Assembly: GCA_049296855.1 (NCBI GenBank)
Contig: JBAQTF010000014.1
Span: 1 to 55,159 of the forward strand
DNA: 55,159 nt
Direction: 5' to 3'
Origin: Minisyncoccia bacterium
GTDB taxonomy: Bacteria; Patescibacteriota; Minisyncoccia; Phycocordibacterales; DATDWN01
In this document: one piece after another, positions 29,085-37,194 of the stretch
How the letters are laid out: each line of letters opens with the position of its first letter
Numbering within the stretch: position 1 is the first letter of the stretch
Position numbers and translations under genes: made by a program
The notes under the pieces: model-generated
What the model was told of the DNA's origin: nothing
The model's input: only the letters and a program-made list of their open reading frames with translations
The model's database searches: none

Positions 29085-29591
29085 ATGAACGGAATTACTA
29101 TAATCGTGGCAATGGACAGAAACCGAGTCATCGGAAAGCAGGGTGAGATTCCTTGGAGTGGACACCTCCGAGACGACATGAAACACTTCAAGGACTACAC
29201 CACGGGAAAGACCGTAGTGATGGGGAGAAAGACTTGGGATTCAATTCCACCCAAGTTCAAACCTTTACCAATGCGTGAGAACGTGATTATGACGAATGAC
29301 CAGAGGTTCAAAGCTTCTGATTGCTTTCTCATCCACAGTCCTGACGCGATCAAAAGTCTGTCTGGGATTCAAGAGATCTGTATCATTGGCGGTGCAGAAA
29401 TCTACAAACTCTTCCTGCCGATGGCAGACAAACTCATTGTTACGATCGTCGATACAGAAGTCCTAGGTGGTGACGCGTTCTTTCCAGAAATCACCGAGGA
29501 ATGGGACGAACGACTGTTGTCAATTCACAAAGCTGACGAAAGAAATTTGTTCCCCTTCTCCATCTTCGAATACACAAAAGATCCATTCTAG
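29085..29591 (+). CDS. folA: Dihydrofolate reductase
   Basis: IVAMDRNRVIGKQGEIPW...VVMGRKTWDSI...IGGAEIY. Confidence 0.9.
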   Translation: MNGITIIVAMDRNRVIGKQGEIPWSGHLRDDMKHFKDYTTGKTVVMGRKTWDSIPPKFKPLPMRENVIMTNDQRFKASDCFLIHSPDAIKSLSGIQEICIIGGAEIYKLFLPMADKLIVTIVDTEVLGGDAFFPEITEEWDERLLSIHKADERNLFPFSIFEYTKDPF

Positions 29592-29602
29592 TTCTGACAT
29601 TC

Positions 29603-29635
29603 TCGACCGCGCCCACAAAGCGCGGTCGATTTTTA
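29603..29635 (+). terminator. GC-rich rho-independent terminator after folA
   Basis: tcgaccgcgc-ccacaaa-gcgcggtcga followed by ttttt. Confidence 0.85.
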
Positions 29636-29636
29636 T

Positions 29637-29664
29637 TTGACTGACTACAAGAAAATGCTAGTAT
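29637..29664 (+). promoter_or_regulatory. Sigma70-type promoter of the thyA-like gene (-35 TTGACT, 16-nt spacer, extended -10 TGcTAGTAT)
   Basis: TTGACT at 29637-42 and TAGTAT at 29659-64. The leader has AAAGGAG 5 nt before ATG 29701. Confidence 0.6.
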
Positions 29665-29700
29665 CAAAAACAGAAACCAGTTCCAGTAAAAGGAGTTGTG

Positions 29701-30624
29701 ATGGACCCGAAGTATCTACCATACGAGAATCGTCAACCAAACACTCAGTACAAGAACCGTCTGAGTTCTATCCTGAAATGTATCAAAAGGCAGGATATCT
29801 TCACGAAGAATCCGTTCCAGACACAGGGCCGTTATAGTGTGAAGACTCTCAGTCCAATGGTTTTAAAACTCTCAAACGGATTCCCGATCGGAACCGAACG
29901 TAACATGAAGATGTTCTGGGTAACACCAATCGGAGAGCTCCTCGCGTTCATTCATGGAGTTCGTGATGCTCGTGTCCTTTCCGAAGAGTGGGGTGTGAAG
30001 TGGTGGCTCAAGCAGTGGGCCACACCTGAAAAGTGTGCTGACTTTGGACTTGAACATCCAGATATGGGACCGGGCTCCTACGGTGGAGCCTTCGAATACG
30101 TTGCACCAGATGGAACAACGTACAATCAGTTCAAGGAAGTACTGAAACAGATGAGAGATCGACCAGATGTGACGACTCACAAAATCACGAGCTGGCTTCC
30201 TCATTACACAATCGGCCATAACGGGAGACAACGAAAAGTCATCGTGGCGCCGTGTCACGGAGACATCGAGATGTACATCGTCAACGGCCGACTGACACTT
30301 CGGATGGATCAAAGATCTGCCGACTTCCCGATTGGAGTTCCGTCCAACACAATCCAGTACGCTGCGCTCACCATCATGATCGCACATGTACTCGGACTCG
30401 AACCAGACATGCTGATCCACTCAACACATGACAGTCACTTCTACGAAGACCAGCTCGAAAACGTCAGAGAGTTGGTTAAGTGTCCGACCTACCGGTACCC
30501 AAGTGTCTACCTGACTGAGGAAGGTCAGAAAGTAACAGACCTCTTCGATTTCAGACCGAGTCACTTTAGACTCGAAGATTACCACCCTGGACCAGCGATG
30601 AACAAAATCCCTGTTACGACCTAA
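29701..30624 (+). CDS. thyA: Divergent thymidylate synthase (ThyA family)
   Basis: Catalytic APCH, QRSADFPIGVPSN (uracil-specifying Asn retained), HDSHFY. The N-terminal DRTGTGT motif is not recognisable. Confidence 0.8.
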   Translation: MDPKYLPYENRQPNTQYKNRLSSILKCIKRQDIFTKNPFQTQGRYSVKTLSPMVLKLSNGFPIGTERNMKMFWVTPIGELLAFIHGVRDARVLSEEWGVKWWLKQWATPEKCADFGLEHPDMGPGSYGGAFEYVAPDGTTYNQFKEVLKQMRDRPDVTTHKITSWLPHYTIGHNGRQRKVIVAPCHGDIEMYIVNGRLTLRMDQRSADFPIGVPSNTIQYAALTIMIAHVLGLEPDMLIHSTHDSHFYEDQLENVRELVKCPTYRYPSVYLTEEGQKVTDLFDFRPSHFRLEDYHPGPAMNKIPVTT

Positions 30625-30639
30625 GCTCTTTCGACCAAG

Positions 30640-30675
30640 CAGGTCGCCCCGAAATCCGAGGCGACCTGTTTTTTT
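30640..30675 (+). terminator. GC-rich rho-independent terminator after thyA
   Basis: caggtcgcc-ccgaaatccga-ggcgacctg followed by ttttttt. Confidence 0.85.
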
Positions 30676-30698
30676 ATTAATGGTAATGAATTTAAAGA

Positions 30699-30776
30699 CA
30701 GAAGTACTCCTGTGGTGCGACCTAAATTTCTTGAGCAAAGCGATTAGAAATTGGAAGTACTCTTGTGATGCCGGAC
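30699..30776. repeat. Family-3 repeat (two cores flanking an aatttct...agaaatt hairpin) inside the high-GC island
   Basis: cagaagtactcctgtggtgcgacct (30699-723) and ggaagtactcttgtgatgccggac (30753-776). The rc aligns with 49495-49555. Confidence 0.7.
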
Positions 30777-30823
30777 TTGTTTTTTTATAAAAAAATGATA
30801 GAAATAGGTTCAGAGAGGTACAA

Positions 30824-31285
30824 ATGGCCAAAGTAAAGCTAGACAACTCTAGACATCCGGAACAACGAGAAAGAATGGAAGAGCTCGTTCGAACCGGACA
30901 GTGTCACTTCTGTAGAAAAGGATTCGAGGACCGGCATAAAGCACCGATCATCCACGAGACTGACCATTGGTTCGTTACTGCAAACAACTTCCCGTACCAA
31001 GGTAGTGTTCACCACCACCTGATCGTTCCCAAAATCCACATCACGAGATTGAGAGAACTTGGGAACGAGGCTAGGATTCAGTTGTTTGATGTCCAGGCCT
31101 GGCTTGAGGATTATCTAGGTACCACTGGATCATCAACATTTGTCAGGTCTGGAGATATGGATCTGACTTGTGCGACACTTGATCATCTGCATTTTCATCT
31201 GATTGTTGGGGAGAGAAAAGTCGGTGACAGTCCCAACCAGCTTGAAGATCTTATCCTCGTTCCAGTCGGTTACAAAAAGAAATGA
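30824..31285 (+). CDS. HIT-family (histidine triad) nucleotide hydrolase/transferase
   Basis: C-terminal LDHLHFHLIVG (HxHxHxx) and N-terminal CHFC. Confidence 0.8.
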   Translation: MAKVKLDNSRHPEQRERMEELVRTGQCHFCRKGFEDRHKAPIIHETDHWFVTANNFPYQGSVHHHLIVPKIHITRLRELGNEARIQLFDVQAWLEDYLGTTGSSTFVRSGDMDLTCATLDHLHFHLIVGERKVGDSPNQLEDLILVPVGYKKK

Positions 31286-31325
31286 AGAGAGCCCGGCCGC
31301 GCTATTGCGCGGACCCGGGCTCTTC
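31285..31325. terminator. GC-rich bidirectional hairpin between convergent genes
   Basis: gaagagagcccggccgcgc-tatt-gcgcggacccgggctcttc. It overlaps the last codons of the 31302..32150 CDS. Confidence 0.7.
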
Positions 31326-32150
31326 TACTACCTGAACAATCTCTACTCCGTTTGAACGTAAAACTTCTTGTGCATTCAAAACAGAGTAGCCTTCTTGAAA
31401 GAACACTCGCTTGACACCAGCGAAAGCGATTTCTCGTGCACAATCTTCGCACGGGAAAGTGGTAACGTACAGGAACGCACCTTTGAGTGTAAGCCCGTAC
31501 TTTGCGCAAAGAGCAACTACTGCTCGCTCTGAGTGCAAAGAAACGTACTTACCCTTTTGGCCCGCATCCACGTTCAATCGTGGATCACCGAAAATGTACG
31601 TTTCGTACTCGTTCGGCATGTGAGTGTTACAGGCAACGGCCAGAAGATTACCTTCATCGTCAAACGCTGATGCAGCTATCTGACGCCACCAATCTGGACT
31701 CTCTAGGGATTTGGTCTTAGTAAACCGCATCCGCAAATTATCCAAAACGGAATTGCTGACCACTACGTCGGCAATGACAGGCTGTTCCTTGTGAACCGCC
31801 GTCATATCCCATCTCGCCCAAATCATTTCGAAAGTCGATTTGGCGTGAGCAGGATTGATGTATCGTTCAGTGACAGCATGCGACACGTCTTCGTCTGGCA
31901 AAATCCAGTCCCAATCCGCCGGGCGGAGATATTCAGGATTGAATATCGTTACACCCTGAACGAGACGAGTAGATTGAATGATCTCCAACATCATATTTGT
32001 TGGAAGAGCAACAATATTACGAGCAAGTCTCGGAATCAGTTGCTCTGCCATTTCTTGTGATATCAGAAACAACACACTCTCCTTGTGCCTCTTGAACCAG
32101 TCCAAATGACGCTGGTTCAAGACCGGAATGTAGGCAATGAGGTTGCTCAT
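31302..32150 (-). CDS. Two-domain protein: unknown N-terminal domain (about 150 aa) fused to a dCMP/cytidine deaminase zinc-binding domain
   Basis: C-terminal LHSERAVV (H-x-E) and TFPCEDCAREI (PCxxC). The N-terminus MSNLIAYIPVLNQRHLDWFKRH is not recognised. Confidence 0.8.
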   Translation of the reverse strand: MSNLIAYIPVLNQRHLDWFKRHKESVLFLISQEMAEQLIPRLARNIVALPTNMMLEIIQSTRLVQGVTIFNPEYLRPADWDWILPDEDVSHAVTERYINPAHAKSTFEMIWARWDMTAVHKEQPVIADVVVSNSVLDNLRMRFTKTKSLESPDWWRQIAASAFDDEGNLLAVACNTHMPNEYETYIFGDPRLNVDAGQKGKYVSLHSERAVVALCAKYGLTLKGAFLYVTTFPCEDCAREIAFAGVKRVFFQEGYSVLNAQEVLRSNGVEIVQVVEEPGSAQ

Positions 32151-32773
32151 TTCTTCTCCTTTCCAAAACTAACCTCTCGACCAGCTTGCCTGAAATAACT
32201 GTCGATTGCTTGAGCAATGTGATCAACGAGACCACCTGCACCGTCAATCAGAAGTTCACGAAGCATCTTAGTCGTCGAGTTATCTGCTGTAGGATCGAGA
32301 ATTTCAAGTCTCCCACAAAGTGCTCTGAGATCATTGTATTTTTCCTCGCCAACATCTTTCGTAGAACGAGAAACCACAAGAACATCTGGCCTAACTACTT
32401 TGATGACAAAATCTGGGTCAGCCTCATGCTCCTTCAGATCGCGAATCGTCAGAATATCCACGCTCCGGAGATTGGCTAGAAGTTCAAGCCTTTCTTGAAA
32501 CGGAACAACTGGGCGACGTTCGTTTGCCTGCTGTTTACGCTTGCGCGTGTATTCGTCAGTATCGACGGCCACAACCAGAATGTCACCGTACGACTTTGCG
32601 GCAGTTAGATATCGGGCATGTCCGATATGAAGAAGGTCGTAGACACCCTGGGTCATCGAAATGATGTGACCAGAATCTCGAAGGGTCTGGAGCTTCTTTG
32701 TGAGCTCATCATAGTCTGGAATGTATCTGTCATCCAGACACACTCTATTGCTCAAAATGTTTTTGATCGACAA
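32147..32773 (-). CDS. Cytidylyltransferase-like nucleotidyltransferase (RfaE domain II / TagD-like)
   Basis: GVYDLLHIGHARYL (HxGH), ILVVAVDTD, RPVVPFQERLELL. TTG start with AAGGAAGG upstream. The stop overlaps the next start (ATGA). Confidence 0.75.
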   Translation of the reverse strand: MSIKNILSNRVCLDDRYIPDYDELTKKLQTLRDSGHIISMTQGVYDLLHIGHARYLTAAKSYGDILVVAVDTDEYTRKRKQQANERRPVVPFQERLELLANLRSVDILTIRDLKEHEADPDFVIKVVRPDVLVVSRSTKDVGEEKYNDLRALCGRLEILDPTADNSTTKMLRELLIDGAGGLVDHIAQAIDSYFRQAGREVSFGKEKK

Positions 32774-32832
32774 CTCACACCTTCCTTTCGTTAAACATGT
32801 ACGCCTCTAACTTAACTATTACCACAAACCAT

Positions 32833-32866
32833 AAAAAAAGATACTTCACAGAAGTATCTTTTTTTG
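32833..32866. terminator. Bidirectional terminator downstream of rplK
   Basis: aaaaaaa-gatacttc-aca-gaagtatc-ttttttt. Confidence 0.75.
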
Positions 32867-32889
32867 TCTTAAAATTTAGAGAATTTTGA

Positions 32890-33312
32890 CTACTTCACAT
32901 CAACCCCCATTGAACGTGCCGACCCCGCAACAATTTTCATCGCAGCATCGATGTCGTTTGCATTCAAATCAGGCATTTTCTTTTCTGCAATTTCTTTTAG
33001 TTGAGCTTTTGTTATACTACCAACTTTTGAAACTGTGTTTTTCCCAGAACCTTTTTCTTTACCAAGAGCTTTCAGAATAAGAGATGATGCTGGTGGAGTT
33101 TTCAAAACAAAAGTAAATGTTCTGTCTTCGTATACTGAAATCTCGACAGGGACAATATCCCCCATCATGTTTTTTGTAGCATCGTTAAACTGCTTTACAA
33201 ACTCACCAATAGCCACACCAGCTTGACCCAAAGCAGGACCGACTGGTGGAGCAGGATTTGCCTTACCTGCTGGAATGACGAGTTTTAATTTTTTTGTTAT
33301 TTTTTTAGCCAT
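32890..33312 (-). CDS. rplK: 50S ribosomal protein L11
   Basis: [33 protein letters not shown]... The start is moved to Met27 of the tracked ORF. Confidence 0.95.
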   Translation of the reverse strand: MAKKITKKLKLVIPAGKANPAPPVGPALGQAGVAIGEFVKQFNDATKNMMGDIVPVEISVYEDRTFTFVLKTPPASSLILKALGKEKGSGKNTVSKVGSITKAQLKEIAEKKMPDLNANDIDAAMKIVAGSARSMGVDVK

Positions 33313-33337
33313 ATTTTCTTGTGTTTTATAGATTACC

Positions 33338-33883
33338 TTAAATCTTCTTAATCTGCAAGAAATCCAACTCGACTGGAGTTTCGCGACCAAACATAGCTAC
33401 TAGAACTTTGACTTTTCCGCGCTCTTCATCTACCTCAGAAACTTTACCATCCAAATCTTTAAATGGACCGTCCACGATAATAACAGCGTCGTTAACTGAC
33501 AAATCTATCTTATGTTTTATGTTGTGAGCATTCATTCGACTAAACAATTCCTCGACTTCCTTCGGATCAACAGGTACAGGATAGACTCCAGAACCAACGA
33601 ACCCTGTAACGCGTGGAGTGTTTCGAACGACGTGCCATGAGTGGTCAGTTACTATCATGTCCACCAAAATGTATCCTGGATATATTTTTTCCTCCTCTTC
33701 AACTCTCTTTCCACCTTTAATTTTTATTTTCTTTTCAGTCGGAACAATAACATTGAAAATTTTATCTTCCATTCCCAACGACTCAATACGCTGTTTAAGA
33801 TTCCTCATCACAGCGTTTTCATATCCAGCATATGTGTGAATGACATACCAGTTGCGACCACTTTGTATTTGTTGTTTTGACAT
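33338..33883 (-). CDS. nusG: Transcription termination/antitermination factor NusG
   Basis: [14 protein letters not shown]..., C-terminal KOW ([18 protein letters not shown]). Confidence 0.93.
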   Translation of the reverse strand: MSKQQIQSGRNWYVIHTYAGYENAVMRNLKQRIESLGMEDKIFNVIVPTEKKIKIKGGKRVEEEEKIYPGYILVDMIVTDHSWHVVRNTPRVTGFVGSGVYPVPVDPKEVEELFSRMNAHNIKHKIDLSVNDAVIIVDGPFKDLDGKVSEVDEERGKVKVLVAMFGRETPVELDFLQIKKI

Positions 33884-33927
33884 AGTAATAAGTTAAAAGT
33901 AAAAAGTTTAAAAGTAGAAAGTAAAAG

Positions 33928-34107
33928 CTAGATAACGAATTTTTCAAGAATCAATTTGAAAATGTAGTCAAAAAACCCTAGGAAAAATGAAACGAATACT
34001 GAGATCAAAACCACTACAATAGTAAAAGCAATGGCTTGGTTGCGAGTTGGCCAACTGACGTGTTTTAGTTCTCCGCGTGTATCTTTAAGGTAATTTATTA
34101 ATGACAT
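33928..34107 (-). CDS. secE: Preprotein translocase subunit SecE (59 aa, not in the ORF track)
   Basis: Hand translation: MSLINYLKDTRGELKHVSWPTRNQAIAFTIVVVLISVFVSFFLGFFDYIFKLILEKFVI. It sits directly upstream of nusG. Confidence 0.8.
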   Translation of the reverse strand: MSLINYLKDTRGELKHVSWPTRNQAIAFTIVVVLISVFVSFFLGFFDYIFKLILEKFVI

Positions 34108-34138
34108 AAGATTTTGTATTAGAGATTTCTTCGGTATT

Positions 34139-34158
34139 AAAAAACCCCTCGGGGGGTC
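34139..34158 (-). terminator. Terminator of the 34197..35015 gene
   Basis: On the minus strand: accccc-cga-ggggt followed by tttttt. Confidence 0.65.
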
Positions 34159-34196
34159 ATTTAATATATTACTTTATATAACTTTAATAGTCAAGA

Positions 34197-35015
34197 TCAC
34201 TCTACCTCATAGGTGATTGTGACATTGGAGACAACTTCGTTCTCCCCAACCGGTAACTGTGGTGGAGTAGGAGCCATATCTCCACCCATTGCTTTTACTT
34301 CCATCATTGCTCCACCATAGTAAGGCACAGGTTGGTTACCTGATTCGTAGAAATTTATAATTCTTTTTAGTCTCACTCCGAGAGATTTTGAAAGCATTTT
34401 TGCTTTTGCTTTTGCATCTTGTATAGCTTCATCACGGGCCTCGGCTTGGGCCTTATCTGGATCATCAACAACAAAAGTTAAACCACTAATGTTTGACGCA
34501 CCGAGATCTCCGACTTTTGTCAGTGCCACTCCAGCGTCAGCGGTCTTTCTAACTTTTACAGTTATCGTTACATTAACTTCATAACCAGTTAAAACTTGTT
34601 TTGAAGGAGGACAATAACCGTTCACACAAATCGGGTAAGCAGAATAATCGTATTTTGGATATGAATTGTATCCAGTTGTCTTTATATCTTTTTCTTCTAC
34701 ACCAATAGTTTTTAGAGCAGAAATTATCTCATTACTTTTTTTAGCTGCTTTATCTTGAGCAATACCAACTGTCTTTCCTTCCTCAACTACTGAGTAAGAA
34801 AATAAGCCTGTATCAGGAACTGTCATAACATCTCCTTTCCCAGTTACACTTATGACGTTTGATGGGTACTGACCATTCCCAATGTATGAGTACTCCTTAA
34901 TCGTATTTAATGACTTTACCCCAAGAAAAAAAGCAAGAAGGGCTATAGTAAAAACAATCGCATTAAAAAATCTCTTTTTCTGTACATCATTTAAATTATT
35001 AAAAAATTGGTCCAT
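34197..35015 (-). CDS. SIMPL/DUF541-like secreted protein
   Basis: N-terminal TM helix, VISVTGKGDVMTVPD... and a C-terminal VSNVTITYEV-type ending. Confidence 0.55.
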   Translation of the reverse strand: MDQFFNNLNDVQKKRFFNAIVFTIALLAFFLGVKSLNTIKEYSYIGNGQYPSNVISVTGKGDVMTVPDTGLFSYSVVEEGKTVGIAQDKAAKKSNEIISALKTIGVEEKDIKTTGYNSYPKYDYSAYPICVNGYCPPSKQVLTGYEVNVTITVKVRKTADAGVALTKVGDLGASNISGLTFVVDDPDKAQAEARDEAIQDAKAKAKMLSKSLGVRLKRIINFYESGNQPVPYYGGAMMEVKAMGGDMAPTPPQLPVGENEVVSNVTITYEVE

Positions 35016-35077
35016 AGTGTTTTGTTATTAATAATAATTACAAATTATTTATTGCTTAATGTTATCATAGACGTATA

Positions 35078-35641
35078 TCACTGTATATTCTTTCCACGAT
35101 TTAATGTGACTCTGAAAAGAGATATACAAATATAAGAAACTAGTGCCCCGAGTACAACACCACCAATAACATCACTTGCCCAATGTACACCAAGATAAAC
35201 TCTGGAAAAAGCCACGAGGAGTATACCCAGAGTACAGAATGTATTAAACACTTTCCGCCAAATTCCACTCAGGCCTACCTGTGTAGACAGGTAATCGTCA
35301 AAAATATACATGAGCATTACGAAAAATATTGTAGCTATGGTCGTGTGCCCACTCGGGAAACTTTTTCCAAACACTTCCATAACACCCCCAAAAGGACGAG
35401 TAACATTGAAAATCACTTTGAGAAAATAGATCGAAACTCCACCAACTATAATAGAGATCAGAAACAACAGGGAATATTTTATATTTCTAACTATATAAAC
35501 AAGTAGGCTGGTCAAAAATACTATCAAAATGAAAGGGGTAGTCAGGTCAAATAAAATTGTCAGAAGATAAAAAAATTCTGTGAGAAACAGCGTACGACCA
35601 GATGCAAAGTAGTTTTGTACGATAATATCAAATGAATACAT
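35078..35641 (-). CDS. PAP2-family membrane phosphatase
   Basis: PSGHT and SRVYLGVHWASDV motifs. Confidence 0.8.
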   Translation of the reverse strand: MYSFDIIVQNYFASGRTLFLTEFFYLLTILFDLTTPFILIVFLTSLLVYIVRNIKYSLLFLISIIVGGVSIYFLKVIFNVTRPFGGVMEVFGKSFPSGHTTIATIFFVMLMYIFDDYLSTQVGLSGIWRKVFNTFCTLGILLVAFSRVYLGVHWASDVIGGVVLGALVSYICISLFRVTLNRGKNIQ

Positions 35642-35653
35642 GTAAATATGTTA

Positions 35654-36520
35654 CTACCTGGAAGACCATCTTGCGAAAATACCACATGGTAACAGCCGAC
35701 CGGAGGAAGACTCTTTTATAGTAAGCTCTCCAGAGGAAATTTCACCTTTAAAATCAGGTATTATGGCGTCGAGTAATTGTGAGTAAGTAACACTAGAATA
35801 AACAGATGAGTATCCGTTTAACACTATAGCAAGTGGTTTATCAGAAATTATTTGTTTCACCCGTGACAAAAAAGCTCTAAGGTCCTCTTCTATTTTCCAT
35901 GTCTCCCCTTTGCTCCCCTTTCCATACACTGGCGGATCCATAAGTACTACATCATACTTATTTCCCCTCTTTATTTCTCTCTCTACAAATTTCCGGACAT
36001 CATCAACAATGAACCTAATTTTCTTGTCTTTCAATCCAGAAAGTTCCATATTTTTATGAGCCAAATCAACTGCAAATCTTGAAGCGTCCACATGACACAC
36101 CTCTGCTCCAACTTTAGCACAAGCAAGACTTGCTCCACCTGTATAACCAAACAAGTTCAAAACAGAGATCTTGCGATTTGATTTTTTTATCTTTTCTTCT
36201 AACCACTTCCACTGCATTGATTGTTCTGGAAACACTCCTAAATGTTTTGACGGTAATAATTCTAAGAAAAACTTTAAACCCTCAAGTGTAACTTCCCAAG
36301 GTTCTCCGATTTTGTTTACAATATTCCATTTCCCAGACGTCCCTGCGCGAGTATAAATGGCGTCGGCTTTTTCCCATTCTGTTTTCGACAGTGATTTACT
36401 CCAAAGTGCTTGTGGATCTGGGCGCAACAAAACAACACTTCCGTATCTCTCGAGTTTCTGCCCTTCTCCACTGTCCAAAAGTTCATAGTCTTTTGATTTC
36501 GTAGTAGTTAGTATTTCCAT
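35654..36520 (-). CDS. Class I SAM-dependent (RlmI/YwbD-like) methyltransferase
   Basis: LNLFGYTGGASLA and VLMDPPVYG motifs. Confidence 0.75.
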   Translation of the reverse strand: MEILTTTKSKDYELLDSGEGQKLERYGSVVLLRPDPQALWSKSLSKTEWEKADAIYTRAGTSGKWNIVNKIGEPWEVTLEGLKFFLELLPSKHLGVFPEQSMQWKWLEEKIKKSNRKISVLNLFGYTGGASLACAKVGAEVCHVDASRFAVDLAHKNMELSGLKDKKIRFIVDDVRKFVEREIKRGNKYDVVLMDPPVYGKGSKGETWKIEEDLRAFLSRVKQIISDKPLAIVLNGYSSVYSSVTYSQLLDAIIPDFKGEISSGELTIKESSSGRLLPCGIFARWSSR

Positions 36521-36530
36521 TATTTATATA

Positions 36531-37058
36531 TCACTTCTCACCTTGCACCAAAAAAGAAACCTGTCGCTCACGGTCATGGTCAAGTTCGACGAGCATTATT
36601 TCTTGCCAACGACCTTTTAAAATTTTACCGTCTTCTACTATGAGCGAGATTGATGGATGAATCATCAGTGCCTGAGCATGGGCGTGACCGTTAATACACT
36701 CGTTGATAACTCCGTTCTCGTCTGGCTCACAGAGATGAGTATTTCTTTTGCCATTTACATTTTCCGCGTGAGCGATATCGTTGTGGCCATAATCGTGCAT
36801 TGGGTGAGCAAAATTATCTAAAACTTTTCGTAGGTCAGATGTGTAGCCCAAGACCTCTGTTGGACCGATAAGATTTTTCTCATTTTCATTTACCCAGATA
36901 CCACAAGTTGTGTGGTGTGTTTGAATGAGAATAATACCCCTCTTTATTTCTGAGTTTTTTATAGCCGTTTCAATATCAGAAGTTATAGTAATAAACTCTG
37001 TCCGATATTTAGTCTGGTATTTTTTTGTCTCGAGGTGCACTAAAAAATCTCCTTTCAT
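36531..37058 (-). CDS. YjbQ/UPF0047-family protein
   Basis: GIILIQTHHTTCGIWVNENE, 175 aa. Confidence 0.7.
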   Translation of the reverse strand: MKGDFLVHLETKKYQTKYRTEFITITSDIETAIKNSEIKRGIILIQTHHTTCGIWVNENEKNLIGPTEVLGYTSDLRKVLDNFAHPMHDYGHNDIAHAENVNGKRNTHLCEPDENGVINECINGHAHAQALMIHPSISLIVEDGKILKGRWQEIMLVELDHDRERQVSFLVQGEK

Positions 37059-37169
37059 CCCGTTAGAAATAGGAAACTTTGGTCGAGTGACTAGTTACCC
37101 TAATTGTATTATTTTGTGATAATATAACGACCATACTTACTTGTTTCCGTTATTTCTAACGGGATTCAT
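37056..37169 (-). repeat. CCCGTTAGA-family hairpin element inserted at the start of the YjbQ-like gene
   Basis: On the minus strand: ATGAAT (37169-64), cccgttagaaata (37163-51), about 80 nt, tatttctaacggg (37071-59), then ATGAAA, the CDS start at 37058. TGCTATAAT lies 8 nt upstream of the 5' ATGAAT. Confidence 0.8.
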
Positions 37170-37194
37170 AGAAATGAATTATAGCATTTTAAAA

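Noticed and set aside
29637-29837. 66-aa ORF overlapping the thyA 5' region, and the 29872..30420, 30421..30846 and 31270..31509 ORFs in the island.
   Set aside because: They overlap recognisable enzymes in other frames or strands. The 29637 region is better explained as a -35/-10 promoter plus SD leader for thyA.
29701-30624. ThyA homologue acting as a phage-type dCMP hydroxymethylase for hypermodified DNA.
   Set aside because: The residue that specifies cytosine in T4 gp42 (Asp) is Asn here (VPSN), as in dUMP-using enzymes. An adjacent DHFR fits a true thymidylate synthase cycle. A dUMP hydroxymethylase cannot be fully excluded.
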